Shown here piece by piece: positions 45,768 through 60,319 of a stretch of DNA of 64,000 nt (within the stretch, counting starts at the first letter, position 1; the number at the start of each line of letters is the position of its first letter). Source of the DNA: Octopus vulgaris (lineage: Eukaryota). The stretch is taken from contig OX597840.1 in NCBI GenBank assembly GCA_951406725.2, positions 1,674,001 to 1,738,000 on the forward strand. Reading direction: 5' to 3'. The translations under genes were made by a program, and so were the position numbers. The notes beneath the pieces were generated by a model that ran no database searches, was not told where the DNA came from, and was given only the letters and a program-made list of their open reading frames with translations.

Positions 45768-46378
45768 ATTCTTTATTTCCCACAAGGGGCTAAACATAGA
45801 GGGGACAAACAAGGACACACATAGGTATTAAGTCGATTATATCGATCCCAGTGTGTAACTGGTACTTTATTTATCGACCCCGAAAGGATGAAAGGCAAAG
45901 TCAACCTCAGCGGATTTTGAACTCAGAACGTAGCGGCAGACGAAATACCTATTTCTTTACTACTCACTAGAGACTAAACACAGAGAGGCCAAACAAGGAC
46001 AGACAAACGGATTAAGTCGATTATATCGACCCCCCCAGGGCGTAACTGTTACTTATTTTATCGACCCCGAAAGGATGAAAGGCAAAGTCGAACTCGGCAG
46101 AATTTGAACTCAGAACGTAATGACAGACGAAATATATTTTTTCTAAATCTTTACTACCCACAAGGGGCTAAACATAGAGAGGACAAACAAGGACAGATAA
46201 AGTGATTAAGTCGATTATATCGACCTCCAGTGCGTAACTGGTACTTATTTAATCGACCCCGAAAGGATGAAAGGCAAAGTCGACCTCGGCGGAATTTGAA
46301 CTCAGAACGTAACGGCAGACTCAATACCATTAAGCATTTCGCCCGGTTCTCTAACGATTCTACCAGCTCGCCGCCTTA
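45768..46378 (-). mobile_element. Three head-to-tail SINE family B units
   Basis: GACCCCGAAAGGATGAAAGGCAAAGTC recurs at about 45876, 46063 and 46255; one head (GCTCGCCGCCTT) at about 46366-46377. Confidence 0.9.
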
Positions 46379-46739
46379 AAATATTGTACTTCTATATCCA
46401 CTCAATGTCTTATTGGTTCCCTCTGTTTCAAAAATTACCCAGACAGAGAGACATTGCAGCTTCTGACTAGAACAAGGTTTGTTAAAAATGCTCTCCTTTT
46501 CACGGACATTATCTGACGAATTTCTATTTATAGCGTTACCTTTTATATCTTTCTTTCCCCCAACGTCCGACCATTATTCAGTCACCTGTGTTGGTAGTGC
46601 CATCAATAATGACGGCGGTATTGAGACTGAGGTTAACTATGGAATTCGCAAATCCGCGGCCGTATCCCAGAGAATTGCTCTCTATGGTCCTCAATCACCG
46701 TTGGTCTATACATAAAGACGCGGCACTGTAATACCGTAA

Positions 46740-47004
46740 TACCGCTGTTTAGCCCTAGGAAGCATCGACGCTTCCTGTCGGCTTTGAGACATTACCTGTG
46801 TCCTTATATTTGTAAAGGGGACACAAGCACCCCCACCAGCCAAGTTTCACACCTGAGGACATGCATGTTTCTGGGTCTTGCATGTCCTCAGGTGTGAATA
46901 TTGGCTAGTGGGGTTGCTTGCCTCCTCTTCACAAATATAAGGACACAGGAAATGTGTCAAAGCCGACAAGAAGCGTCGATTCCTCCTAGGGCTAAACAGC
47001 GGTA
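46740..47004. mobile_element. Fold-back (MITE-like) element with 126-bp inverted arms and a 13-nt loop
   Basis: TACCGCTGTTTAGCCCTAGGA...CACACCTGAGGACATGCA pairs with TGCATGTCCTCAGGTGTG...TCCTAGGGCTAAACAGCGGTA. Confidence 0.9.
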
Positions 47005-47134
47005 GTGTAATTCCCTTACGGGACTGTCACGTTAAGTTGACAGTATACAACCACTCTATCGCTCTACCACCGCTCATGTCTCTTTGAGACATTTAGAAAT
47101 TTAATATTACTAATTACTGTAATACCATGTTTCT

Positions 47135-47470
47135 ATTAAAAGTTCTACCTCGAAAATTAACAAAGAGATAGATGTGGTCCATGGAAGATATTCGGGAAGA
47201 ATTTTGAGAACATTCTGGTAAGATCACGTCACCAATGAAACTGAATATAAGCAATTTGGCACAATATCATCACAGAACGAAAATCAAATCTAGTAGGTGA
47301 TTTCTGGTTACCAGAAAAACCCAGTTCTAAAACAGCTTTGAAATGGAGACCATCGAAAGGGAAAATTAACAGAGGACAACAAAGACCAAAATCGAGCAGG
47401 TCATTCATAATAAACATGAGAGCCGTCAATATGACATTGCAAGACGTCGAATGTTTGCCCAATGTAAAGG
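47135..47470 (+). mobile_element. Degenerate RTE-like LINE 3' fragment
   Basis: Manual translation RILRTFW*DHVTNE ... TALKWRPSKGKINRG resembles RTE C-terminal motifs. Confidence 0.55.
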
Positions 47471-47804
47471 TAGGAACTGAAATCGTGATAGACGAGTGAT
47501 TATTCTTATGATGAAAGAAAGAATTCAGCGTCAGTACGAAGAATGGATTACTTTATGAAAGAATTGTACATGGTTTAAACAAATGTGCTGCTATTAGTAA
47601 TCGTATGAAGAGCGGCAACGTTAGGCTTCAAGTAAAGATTTATGAAATTTCCCTTACCAATGAATTATAAGTGTCTATCGCTTCCGAAACTTTGTGAGAG
47701 CTGTTGACAAACCCATGCAGTCGTTTCTCTTTTTTTTTTTTTTTTCTCAAAATCTCTTTCTCCTTTCTTTCTCTTCCTGTCCCCCTAGCATTCCAATTCT
47801 CTTC

Positions 47805-47901
<97 letters not shown>

Positions 47902-48749
47902 CTATATATATATACATATATATATATACACATATATATATATATGTATATATATATAGACAAATAGATAGATAAATACATCCATCCATATATAAACATA
48001 TATGTACATATATGTGTACATACATATACGTGTGTATATGCACATGAATATATATGAATGTATGCATGTATATAGACACATATATACATGCATTCGCTTG
48101 TATAAATATATATATATACAAGTCAATATATGTATATATGTATATATATGTGTGTGTACACGTATGTATATATATATATATATATATACAAGCGAATGCA
48201 TTTATGTATGTGTATATATACATGCATGCATATATATATATATATATATAAATGCAGCATGTTTGCACATGTATATGAGTAAGTCCACATGCATATAAAT
48301 ACAGTCATGTGTGTGTACGTGAACGAGAGTAAGAGTGTAGATGCTGCGGCCGGATTCTGTCTATGTAAATGTATGTTTACGCAAAGAAAAATGTCGAATT
48401 AGTAGAAAAGTCGTAAATACTGAGCGGCCTACCAGTGGCTGGCCTCGGTTTATAAGATTAGTTACAACAAAACCATATTTATTACCGAGAAAGAAGAATC
48501 TGTTCTGTTTTGCATAGAATATTTGTCTTTCTCGGTGTGTGATGTGGAATCTCCTGGCAGACAGTTTGGTTAATATATGTCACGTGCCCATAATTTACGC
48601 CACACATCTGGAAAATAGCATTGAATCTTACTCCTGCATTTTGGATAACATATTATTAAAACCTACAAATGTATGCGTGCGCCACGTATATATGGCGCAC
48701 ACACATGCCTAAATATACCTAAACATATGTATATATATATACATATGTA

Positions 48750-48788
<39 letters not shown>

Positions 48789-49031
48789 ATTTACATACGT
48801 ATGTATATATATATATACATACATACATACATATATGTATATGTATGTATATGTATGTATATGTGTACATAGACCTATAGACATACATATACACACCATC
48901 TGCTACTTTACCAGAGAGTTTGTGTATGAGAATTTTGATGTATCGGTAATAAGGATAGTAATAGAAAATGGAAAACTGATTCGCTCATTATGTGATTGGG
49001 TGTATATATGTATATGTATATATATACATAC

Positions 49032-49087
<56 letters not shown>

Positions 49088-49141
49088 GTGTTTATTTTCG
49101 TAAACCTGCCTTCGTCTTTTGTTTATGTTCGTAAACCTTCC

Positions 49142-49181
<40 letters not shown>

Positions 49182-49355
49182 ATATACATGTAGACACATT
49201 CATATGGGAAGTTATGTATATATATGTGTATGTATAAATACGTATATACATATGTGTGTATGTGTAAATATATACATATATATATATATAGATATGCATA
49301 TGTATTTATGTATATACATATATATATACACATATATATATATATATATATACAT

Positions 49356-49433
<78 letters not shown>

Positions 49434-49451
49434 TTATATATATATGTATAT

Positions 49452-49491
<40 letters not shown>

Positions 49492-50004
49492 ATGTATATG
49501 GATGTGCGCCAATGGGCTACAGTTGAAGATCGGCTGAGTGACAGCTGTTTAGGGCTTCGTAGGGAAATTTTGCAGCGAAGTAGATTCCGATGATCGTGAA
49601 TCGATTTTCCTACCAATTTGCGTCCATCCGCGACAAAACCTGCCGTCAATTCTGTGAATATAACCCATATGTTTATGATCCTAAACCGAAATTTCTACCA
49701 GCCACAATTTGCATTATGTGCCTGAGATAACGGATGTATATATTCTTAATGCACTGTGTAATATTTCGGAGGGTAAAGAAGGAGACTTAGGTTAATCTAC
49801 TTGAATGGCCAGAATTAATTTAAGTAAAACATTCAAGTGACTGCGTAACTATATTTTTAAATGGATATAAAGTTGCTCTCATGAATGTCACCATCGGTAT
49901 TAAATGTCAAGTGAGAAATAAGAGGAGCATTTAGATTCTCCTCCAGAAACGAAGCACTATAAATTGAAGGCTATAAAAAAGAAAAGTCTAGAAAGACAAT
50001 GACT

Positions 50005-51914
50005 GGAAAGACATGAAAAATATTAGTGACCTTAACTCAAATAATCAGGATAGGGTAACCAAAAATCATATCAACACAAAATTTCGATACTTTTTAGATT
50101 TAGAAAATGAGATAAATATATGCGAATATATAAAATTTTTGTATTATTTTGAAGGGTTGAGACATTCTGGCGTAGCTATATTGCCGCCGTCATTCTGGCG
50201 TCACTGAATCGACGCTGGCGTATTCGATATCAAAGTTAACATGATATAGACTCATGGGCAAATCAGCCTTTGGGACCTGTTTGTAACAGAGGTCTGAATA
50301 TTAGAATTTTTATATTAGGGGCCCAACGTTCGCAATATATTTTTACTAGGCCTAAATGTAGGAATATAGGTTTGAAAATTAGAATTTTTACATTAAATCC
50401 CAAATATATACTGTGTATATATTTCAATCAAATTGCATTTAGGCATCACTATTTTAATTATATTCAAAATTTTGGTCTCTCGGAAGACATGAAAAACATT
50501 AGTGGCCTTAACTCAAATAATCAGGATAGGATAACCAAAAATCATATTAACACAAAATTTCGGTTCTTTTTAGATTTAGATAATGAGATAAATATATGCG
50601 AATATATAAAATTTTTGTATTATTTTGAAGGGTTGAGACATTCTGGCGTGGCTATATTGCCGCCGTGTTTCTGGCGTCACTGAATCGACGCTGAAATATT
50701 CGATATGAAACTTAACATGATATAGACTCATGGGCAAATCAGCCTTTGGGACCTGTTTGCAACAGAGGTCTGAAAATTAGAATTTTTATATTAGAGGCCC
50801 AACGTTCGCAATATATTTTTACTAGGCCTAAATGTAGGAACATAGGTTTGAAAGTTAGAATTTTTACATTAAATACCAAATATATATGCTGTATATCAAA
50901 TTGCACTTGGGCATCACTATTTTAATTATATTCAAAATTTTTGGTCACTCGGAAGACATGAAAAATATTAGTGACCTTAACTCAAATAATCAGGATAGGG
51001 TAACCAAAAATCATATTAACACAAAATTTCGAATCTTTTTAGATTTAGATAATGAGGTAAAGATAAGTAAATATATAAAATTTGTGTATTATTTGAAGGG
51101 TTGAGACATTGTGGCGTAGCTATATTGCCGCCGTCTTTCTGGCGTCACTGAATCGACGGTGACGTATTCGATATGAAACTTAACATGATATAGACTCATG
51201 GGCAAATCAGCCTTTGGAACCTGTTTGTAACAGAGGTCTGACAATTAGAATTTTTATATTAGAGGCTCAACGTTCGCAATATATTTTTACTAGGCCTAAA
51301 TGTAGGAACATAGGTTTGAAAATTAGAATTTTTACATTAAATCCCAAATATATACGCTATATATTTACGCTGTATATCAAATTGCACTTGGGCATCACTA
51401 TTTTAAGTATATTCAAATTTTTGGTCACTCGGAAGACATGAAAAATATTAGTGACCTTAACTCAAATAATCAGGATAGGATAACCAAAAATCATATCGAC
51501 ACAAAATTTCGATTCTTTTTAGATTTAGATAATGAGGTAAAGATAAGTAAATATATAAAATTTGTGTATTATTTGAAGAGTTGAGACATTGTGGCGTCTT
51601 TCTGCCGTCACTGAATCGACGGTGACGTATTCGATATGAAACTTAACACGATGTAGACTCATGGGTAAATCAGCCATTGGGATATTACTGTCGTGGCTGA
51701 AATGTTTGTAATACAGGTCTGAAAATTAGAATTTTAATATAGGGGGCCCAACGTTCGCAATATATTTTTACTAGGCCTAAAGGCAGGAACATAGGTTTGA
51801 AAATTAGAATTTTTGCATTAAATACCAAATATGTACGCTGTATATATTTGAATCAAATTGCACTTGGGCATCACTATTTTAATTATCTAGAATATATTCC
51901 ACATTTTTGGTCAC
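50005..51914. repeat. Tandem array, about 475 bp x 4
   Basis: ACATGAAAAA unit markers at 50011, 50487, 50956 and 51436; each unit carries an internal direct repeat GGT(C/T)TGAAAATTAGAATTTTTA. Confidence 0.95.
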
Positions 51915-51992
51915 GACTACATAGTATTTATTTATTGAGAGCAAGCCACAATATTTATAGACAAGCATGTACATATATACATATACATGGAC

Positions 51993-52098
<106 letters not shown>

Positions 52099-52432
52099 GT
52101 AGATAAATAGATAGATATCCAAAATATATATGCATAAATATATACAAAAACATACAGCTAAAGATCTTATATTAAATTATTTCCTGATATACGTATCATA
52201 TACATATATATATTTTATTTTAGGTTTTTTTTTCAAGAACACAGCAATATTTCTGCCTATGAAAGCGATTCTAAAGAGTATCAGGTGTTATAGCGGTTAT
52301 TAGTATCGGTGAAGGGTAGGCCAACTTACAACGTTGTCGGCGAAGTAGTAGGTGTATATAGCAGGAAGTATATAGGTTTTGCCGTTTAATAGTCTTACAG
52401 ATTCCCTTGTTTTTATTGCTGTAATCGTATAT

Positions 52433-52520
<88 letters not shown>

Positions 52521-52670
52521 TGTCTGTCTGTCTGTCTGTATGTATGTCTGTGTGTGTATGTATATCTAAGCATATTTATGTGTGTATGTAAAATATCTGT
52601 CAATATATACTCGCATTTATATATATACTTATATATGTACACGTCTGTATATGAATACTTGGATATATGG

Positions 52671-52778
<108 letters not shown>

Positions 52779-52836
52779 GTCTGTATGTCTGTCTATTTCT
52801 CTCTCTCTCTCTCAATATATATATATTTATATATAT

Positions 52837-52867
<31 letters not shown>

Positions 52868-52876
52868 AACATATAC

Positions 52877-52967
<91 letters not shown>

Positions 52968-53439
52968 TATACATATTTATATACAGATAGAAAGACACAC
53001 ATGTAAGTATATGAATGTATGTTATACATATATAAAAGTATAGATTTAACAAGTGTCTGTTTTATGGTTCTATAGGCGATAAGTGTTTGCGTATAAAGGT
53101 GTTAACAATCTTGCGGGTGTCTTTGCACATGCTTACATAGCTTAATATGCATGCGTGGGTTTGAACCAATGTCTGTTTTTGCGTGTACGTCTAACATCAT
53201 TTGTGTGCGTTGTTCGCCTTCGTACAATTGCTTGCGTGCGTATATATGTGCCTATATGTGTGAGTATGTATTTGTATATATTCGTATATAATATATATAT
53301 ATACATGCTGTTATATATGTGCTCACGCATTTCCATGTGTGTGACTCTTTATTACATTCCGATCTCCTGTTGAATGCAGCTGTAGCCTGTTCTAATAAAT
53401 CTTAGAAAACAGGCGCAATATTTTGCTCATGATGGCGGC

Positions 53440-54350
53440 AATAATAATGACGATGTTAGCTTTGGTACTGCTGATATTGATAGCACATGTGGTGGTGCAG
53501 GTAGATGTGGTGTTACCTGTGGTCTTGTCGTTGTAGTGGTCATAGTGTTGGGGGCAGTAGTCGAGGTGGTGGTTGTTGTAGTGTTGTTCTTGGTTTCTTT
53601 TTAGTTGTGTCCGTAATGACTTTGGTCCTGGCTGTCTCTTATCTCGGAGATAGTTGTCATGGTTATGGGTTCCTATGGTGGTGGACGAGGTCACATTGTT
53701 GTTGTTGTTTGTGCCTGTTGTGGTGGTAGTAGTAGTGGTGGGGGTGGGGTGGTGATAGCGGCAGCACTCGTGCGGGTGCCACTGGTGGTGATGGTTGCAT
53801 TTGTGTTTGTAATGGTAGCAGTCAAAACGGTGATAGTCTTGGAGGTGGTCCTGGTGGGATTGACGCAGAGGAAGCGTTTATATATGTACACTTGGTCGTG
53901 CTGGTATGATAGGGATAGTGAAAGTAGTAGTGGTTGGAATGATGGTGGTAGTACGGTGGTTGTTAATGGTAATGGTGTTAGTGGTAGCGATGATGGTTAT
54001 ATCCAATGTGGGGTAAACAGTGGTCGTGATGGTGATGGCTTTGGAGGTGGTAGTAGTGTTAGAGATGATGGTAGTATTGATTCAGTTAATAATGGTGGAG
54101 GTGGTGGTGGTGGAGGTAGTAGTGGTAGCGAGGATGGTAGGGATGATTGTGATAATAGTAGTGGTGGTTGTGATGGTGGAGGTGGTAGTGGTGGTGGGGT
54201 GGTGATAGGAATAATTGTGGTAATAGTAGTGGAGGTAGACGTGGTTGTGATGGTGGAGGTGGTGGTGGTGGAATTGGTGAATTTGGCTGTAGTAGCCGTA
54301 GTAATATTCTTGATTTTGTTCCTACTGGTGGTCAGTACTACGATGTGGTC
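53440..54350. repeat. Degenerate (GGT/GTA/GAT)n low-complexity tract
   Basis: G/T-skewed trinucleotide composition. Confidence 0.8.
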
Positions 54351-54664
54351 ATTACTACGATGACCAGGTAACGTTTGACGCTTCATCTCTATGAGAAGAG
54401 GAAGGCGGCGATGGCCTGGAAGTGTGATACGTTATTGTTTGTGAAGAAGCTGGATAAAAATTGACTAATCATAGAATAATGTACAGAAGCAAACACTCGC
54501 TTGTGTGTGTATAAATATATATGTATGTATATATGTATGTATATATGTGTGTGTGCGTGTGCGTGTGCGTGTGTGTGTATCTGTGTGTAAATAAATATAT
54601 TTATATGTATGTATGTATATATGTATATGTGTGTGTCTTGTATCTGTGTATAAATATTTATGTA

Positions 54665-54730
<66 letters not shown>

Positions 54731-55308
54731 CATATATATACATTTATATATATATATATATATTTGTAAATAAACACACAGTATATGCGTGTGCGTGTGT
54801 GTGTGTATTCGTTTGTGTGTGTGTTTTATATATTTATTTATGTATGTATGTATTTATGTGTGTATGAATGTATGTATAGCTATGTATACGTATATGTAAG
54901 CCTTTTCTTTTCTTTTTTTTCCTCCGAAAGCCATATTTTGTGAGTATAAATCTATTTGCATCTATGAGACTAGCAAGCAATACGCCTTTCTCACCATTTT
55001 CTTCTTCTGGTTATCATCTTCTCAGCTTTCGATATTGTGACAAATGCCATGCCTTTTGTTGTAACCCGAAGGGATTTATGAAGACTGGATACCCTTTCTA
55101 GGCATCTATGTAATTAATTCATTTGGTTTTGTTATTTTTTAAGGCAAAGTCGTATTGCATTCTTTCCGTATTTACTTGGTCGTAACGATACGAATACTGC
55201 CGAAATATTTATAGTGTCAAAATCGTAGTGATATCTGGTAGGTAGATGATGATGAGTTGCACAGGATTGTTGTGGTGGTTTATTTGTGTATGTTGCTTGT
55301 TAGAAACC

Positions 55309-55701
55309 CGTGGAGGCGCAATGGTCCAGTGGTTAGGGCAGCGGATTCGCGGTCGTAGGATCGCGGTTTCGATTCCCAGACCGGGCGTTGTGAGTGTTTA
55401 TTGAGCGAAAACACCTAAAAAGCTCCACGAGGCTCCGGCAGGGATGGTATTGATCCCTGCTGTACTCTTTCACCACAACTTTCTCTCACTCTTACTTCCT
55501 GTTTCTGTTGTACCTGTATTTCAAAGGGCCGGCCTTGTCACTCTCTGTGTCACGCTGAATATCCCCGAGAACTACGTTAAGGGTACACGTGTCTGTGGAG
55601 TGCTCAGCCACTTACACGTTAATTTCACGAGCAGGCTGTTCCGTTGATCGGATCAACCGGAACCCTCGTCGTCGTAACCGACGGAGTGCTTCCACTCCAC
55701 T
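55309..55701 (+). mobile_element. Full-length tRNA-derived SINE
   Basis: A-box TGGTCCAGTGGTT, B-box GTTTCGATTCC, tRNA-like head, (TCCAC)2 tail. Confidence 0.9.
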
Positions 55702-56231
55702 GTTATGAACCCTTTTGAATCTTCTGCTTTCGAAGTTCTAATTTACCCTTCATCGAGACCCTAGTTATTGTTAGGATAAACTTTAAGGTGTTTTTTCCTC
55801 CTTCGTTCACGATGGTCATATTCTATAAATTTTGGTTTGAAAATTTTAGCACCAGGCCAGTAAATTCGAGGGATTGGTAAGCTGATGCCATCAAGTTACG
55901 CCAGTGCTCAACTGACACTTATTTTATTCACGCCTAAAGGACGAACTATGATGTTGCCCCCGGCGGACTAAAAAAAGGTGGAACAAAAAGTCGCTAAGCA
56001 GCTTAGCCGACGTACAAGAGCTTCTGCCTATTTAGTTATATAAATATTGCTTTCAAATTCTGACACAATGCCAGTAATTATGTTGTTGAGGAAGGGATGT
56101 GGGCAATTGTCAACTGTTACTTATTTTATCAAGTGGAAAAGAATAAAATACGAGGTCGACCAAGGGGTGTATTCATTCAGAAGGGGAAATCAAACGGAAT
56201 CCCGCTCATCTCTCCGTCTGGCGTGCTAGTG

Positions 56232-56622
56232 TTTCTCACAGAGAGGACAAACAAGGACAGACAAAGGGATCAAGTCGATTATATCGACCCCATTGCGTAA
56301 CTGGTACTTAATTTATCGACCCCGAACGGATGAAAGCTAAAGTCAACCTCGGCGGAATTTAAACTCAGATCGTAACGGCAGACGAAATACCTATTTCTTT
56401 ACTATCCACAAGGGGATAAACACAGAGGGGACAAACAAAAGCAGACAAACGGATTAAAACGATTATATCGACCCCAGTGCGTAAATGGTACTTAATTTAT
56501 CCACCCCGACAGGATGAAAGGCAAAGTCGACCTCGGCGGAATTTGAACAAAGAACGTAAAGGCAGACGAAATACGGCTACGCATTTCGCCCGGCGTGCTA
56601 ACGTTTCTGCCAGCTCGCCGTC
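56232..56622 (-). mobile_element. Two head-to-tail SINE family B units
   Basis: Same arrangement as 6293-6708. Confidence 0.9.
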
Positions 56623-56722
56623 TTATGTTTTCCCACAAATATCTATGCATAAATATCGTGTAAATGTCTTACATGAGGATTCTAATTCTGGTAAGGGCTA
56701 TACTTATTTAGCGGAAACTCAT

Positions 56723-56960
56723 AGGTTAGTGGTTAGGGAGTTGAACTAGTGACTGTAAGGTTGTGGTTTCGATTCCTAGACCGGGTGACGCGTTGTATTC
56801 TTGAACAAGCCACTTCATTTCACGTTGCTCCTATCCACTCAAAAACGAATAACCCTTCGACAGACATGTGTCCCGTCCAGGAGGAGAATTCATACGCCAT
56901 GGAAATCATAGAAACCGGGAAACCGGCCCGTATGAGTCGGCATGACCTGGCAACATAACT
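56723..56960 (+). mobile_element. tRNA-derived SINE (body like 18789, tail like 15856)
   Basis: GTTTCGATTCC B-box; TTTCACGTTGCTCC; GTCCCGTCCAGG...GAAACCGGGAAACCGGCCCGTATGAG. Confidence 0.75.
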
Positions 56961-57575
56961 TCGTCTTGTTTACCTATACTTGTTTTGTGGTTTGTAGCTT
57001 ACTGATTTGCTAGATGTTTTCATGTCGATTTTCCTTGATTTAAGCAGCGCTTTATTGCGTAAGCCCTAGACTATTTACTGGGTGCAAAAAGAAGTCGGCT
57101 GTCTGTAATATTTCCCTGTATTGAAATGAATTGATTTTCGATTTGATAAATTCGATTGACTTTATTTACCAGTTCAATTCTCTCTCATTCTTTCTTCTAC
57201 ATCGGAAATATTAAACATGCGTTAAGAAAGAAGGCAGCTTTTAGAAAAAAGCCAAAGTTGATGCCTTCACAACACGTCCCGTGTTTCGTGTCCATCATCA
57301 CAAACTCTCATGAATGTAGAGCAATGACCAAAATTGGACGATCGCTAATACAAGCGACCGTAAATCGGGGTTGCTCAGAAGATGTCTAAAGTAAAGACGT
57401 CGGGCAGGGTTTGTTCCTCGGATATCAGTAAGTCTCTCCGGATCAAGCTGCAACAAATCTGCATTGAAAGATCACATCCTCATTGTAAAGGGTATGTGAA
57501 AAGAATGTGATACGAATGATGCAGAGGGTTTCTTCAAACTAAACCACTAGGTAGGCGATCTAGCAGTAAACCAAA

Positions 57576-57946
57576 CACATACTTACATACTTGTACTTGT
57601 GGCGACATTCACCCTGGGCGGGTTGAGTCAGCTTCTTCTACTCATGGAAGAAGTTTCGTGGGAATATGTGGATTTCACAAGCGGTCCCCAACAATACCGC
57701 ATGTGGAAACATCCTGCTTGCCGCAGATTGTCCGCAGACGCAGGGACAGAACGACCGAGGAGCCACCGGTTGCCGAAACAGACACTCCGAGGATTTTCAC
57801 CAGATCCCCGTCTGCCGGGTTGTGCCCCTAATACCACTCAGTGTCAGACCAATCCGCCTTGGGTGGCCCTACCGGGAACCGAAGTTCCCGACGGCATAGC
57901 TCTGAGACTACCCGTTGCCAGCTTCCCCCACCACGGTGAGGAGGGA
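57576..57946 (-). mobile_element. Short non-autonomous RTE-related element
   Basis: Minus strand begins CCGTGGTGGGGG...GAGCTATGCCG...GGTAGGGCCACCCAAG, resembling RTE/BovB 5' UTRs; ends in an AAGTAC-(AAGTATGT)2 tail; no ORF. Confidence 0.65.
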
Positions 57947-58285
57947 TAGACTTTGGGGAAGCTTTGGACTTTGGGGACGCGGATGGACTTTGGGGACGAA
58001 AAAACAAGCACATGATGGATAGTTAATATCCATAATCTCAATTGGTTGCGATTGGGAATCAATTAGGAAATTGTGAGATGATTCTATGGAGAATGTATGT
58101 GGCTGAAAACTACGCCATTCCCAGAAGAGTGGGTGGCAAAAATTGTTGCAAGGATATTTCAACTAAATAATGCAAACCAAAACTTTTTCCGATATCGAAA
58201 ATTTCTGATCTTTATTAATAAATAAATTTTAAATTATAATTATATATTGGCTTAATGAGATCAATTAAGGTCGGGATAGGCAAAC

Positions 58286-58450
58286 GCCATTCCGATATCT
58301 GTAATCTTTTGCTCGTTATGTTTACTCACCATTATAACCATCATCATCATCATCATCATCATCGTCATCATCATCGTCAACATCATCATCATCATCATCG
58401 GCATCATCATCGTTGTCATCATCATCATCATCATCATCATCATCAGCATC

Positions 58451-58482
<32 letters not shown>

Positions 58483-58622
58483 CATCATCGTCACCACCAC
58501 CACCACCATCAGCAGCAGCAGCAACCACAACTGTATCATCATCATCATCATCAATGTCACCACCACCACGCCATTCGGATATCTGTAATCTTTTGCTCGT
58601 TATGTTTACTCACCATTATAAC

Positions 58623-58653
<31 letters not shown>

Positions 58654-58898
58654 GTGATCGTCATCATCATCATCATCGTCATCGTCATCATCGTCGTCAT
58701 CGTCACATCATCATCATCATCATCGTCGTCATCGTCATCATCATCATCATCGTCATCATCATCGTGATCGTCATCATCATCATCATCGTCATCGTCATCA
58801 TCATCATCATCATCATCGTGATCGTCATCATCATCATCGTCATCATCTTTATTGTCATCATCATCATCATCATCATCATCATAATCATCATCACCATC

Positions 58899-58930
<32 letters not shown>

Positions 58931-58963
58931 CATCGTCATCATCATCGTCATCATCATCATCAT
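58286..58963. repeat. (CAT)n tract containing a 283-bp-period duplication
   Basis: CGCCATTC.GATATCTGTAATCTTTTGCTCGTTATGTTTACTCACCATTATAACC at 58286 and 58569. Confidence 0.92.
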
Positions 58964-59148
58964 AAAAGATATAAAAGATAATTGATATAAACTCGACCAT
59001 GTTTCTCTCTTCATCCGATTTCTCATTGCTTCTCGCTGTACAAAACATCTACCTCTTTACATACGTGTATATGATATATATGTATCATATTTATAAATAT
59101 GCATATAAATAGATATACCTGTATAGACATATATATATATATACATAC

Positions 59149-59192
<44 letters not shown>

Positions 59193-59196
<4 letters not shown>

Positions 59197-59482
59197 ACTT
59201 GTTTCAGTCATTTTGACTGCGGCCATGCTGGTGCACCGCCTTTAATCGAGCAACTCGACCCCAGGACTTATTCTTTTGTAAGCCCAGTACTTATTCTATC
59301 GGCCTCTTTTGCCGAACCGCTAAGTAACGGGGACATAAACACATCAGCATCGGTTGTCAAGCAATGCTAGGGGGACAAACACAGACACACAAACATACAC
59401 GCACATACATATATATGCATATATACGACAGGCTTCTTTCAGTTTCCGTCTACCAAATCCACTCACAAGGCTTTGGTCGGCC
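59193..59482 (-). mobile_element. SINE family A, 5'-truncated
   Basis: Reverse-complement match to family A. Confidence 0.88.
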
Positions 59483-59578
59483 AATGGAGACAAGAAGTGG
59501 AACGAACCGACAAATCGAAACGAACCTGACGCGGGGCGCTGTCAGACAATAATGCGATAATTAAAAATATATGCATAC

Positions 59579-59619
<41 letters not shown>

Positions 59620-59900
59620 AGGCGGAGGGGCAAGAAACGTAATACGCATGAAGCAGGTGCAACAAGAGGCAGTGAAGCCTTGATCATTATTGACAAGACT
59701 ATACTTGGCTTTGACTATTTTTTCATTGATAGTCTTTATACTGCACTTTATACTCAGATACATAGCTATATTTATATCCGTTCATATACCTATCTATCAG
59801 TCTATAGTTTCTGCTAAATATTAATAAAAATATACATATGCTCATAATTTGAGTTCTATTTCTCCTGTTTGCACCAACTTACTTATATATATACACACAC

Positions 59901-59947
<47 letters not shown>

Positions 59948-59971
59948 AATACATAAATACATATATATATA

Positions 59972-60285
59972 TTGGTTGGTTGGCATCCTTTATGTCTCGG
60001 GGGACAATGGAGTTGCGCATAAAGTAGTCTAGTCCGGCTTTTATATTTCATGTCCTGATACATTTCCTGCTGTGGCTATGTAGTCCTATCCTGGACAAAC
60101 ACTTCCTCTGGCAGGTACCGCAAATGTAGCGAAGACTGTTCCTGGCTGGTTGTAATGCCATAGTCTCTTGTTGACGTATCTTCTTTTCTTTCTATTTCTC
60201 CTCTCTCTCTCTGTCACTCCTTTGTATTCCCTCTTTTACGGTACGTCGCCATTCCCCACGGTTGCCGGTAACTGACTCCCAACCG
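59972..60285 (-). mobile_element. RTE LINE 3' end
   Basis: Manual translation WESVTGNRGEWRRTVKEG...YICGTCQRKCLSRIGLHSHSRKC (RTE C-terminal zinc finger), followed by a (CCAA)3 tail. Confidence 0.85.
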
Positions 60286-60319
60286 CTAATATTGATGTTG
60301 CAGGCTTTCATGTCCCTTT

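Noticed and set aside
53659-54363. Gly-rich 234-aa ORF with a hydrophobic end
   Set aside because: Explained by a degenerate GGT/GAT repeat; no domain or splice support.
55309-55385. tRNA gene
   Set aside because: The tRNA-like head continues into a SINE body and lacks a proper acceptor stem; the same holds for the heads at 16163 and 18789.
58080-58200. Mariner transposase 3' end
   Set aside because: Only a faint resemblance (GWQKLLQGYFN*), with no TIR pair or catalytic motif.
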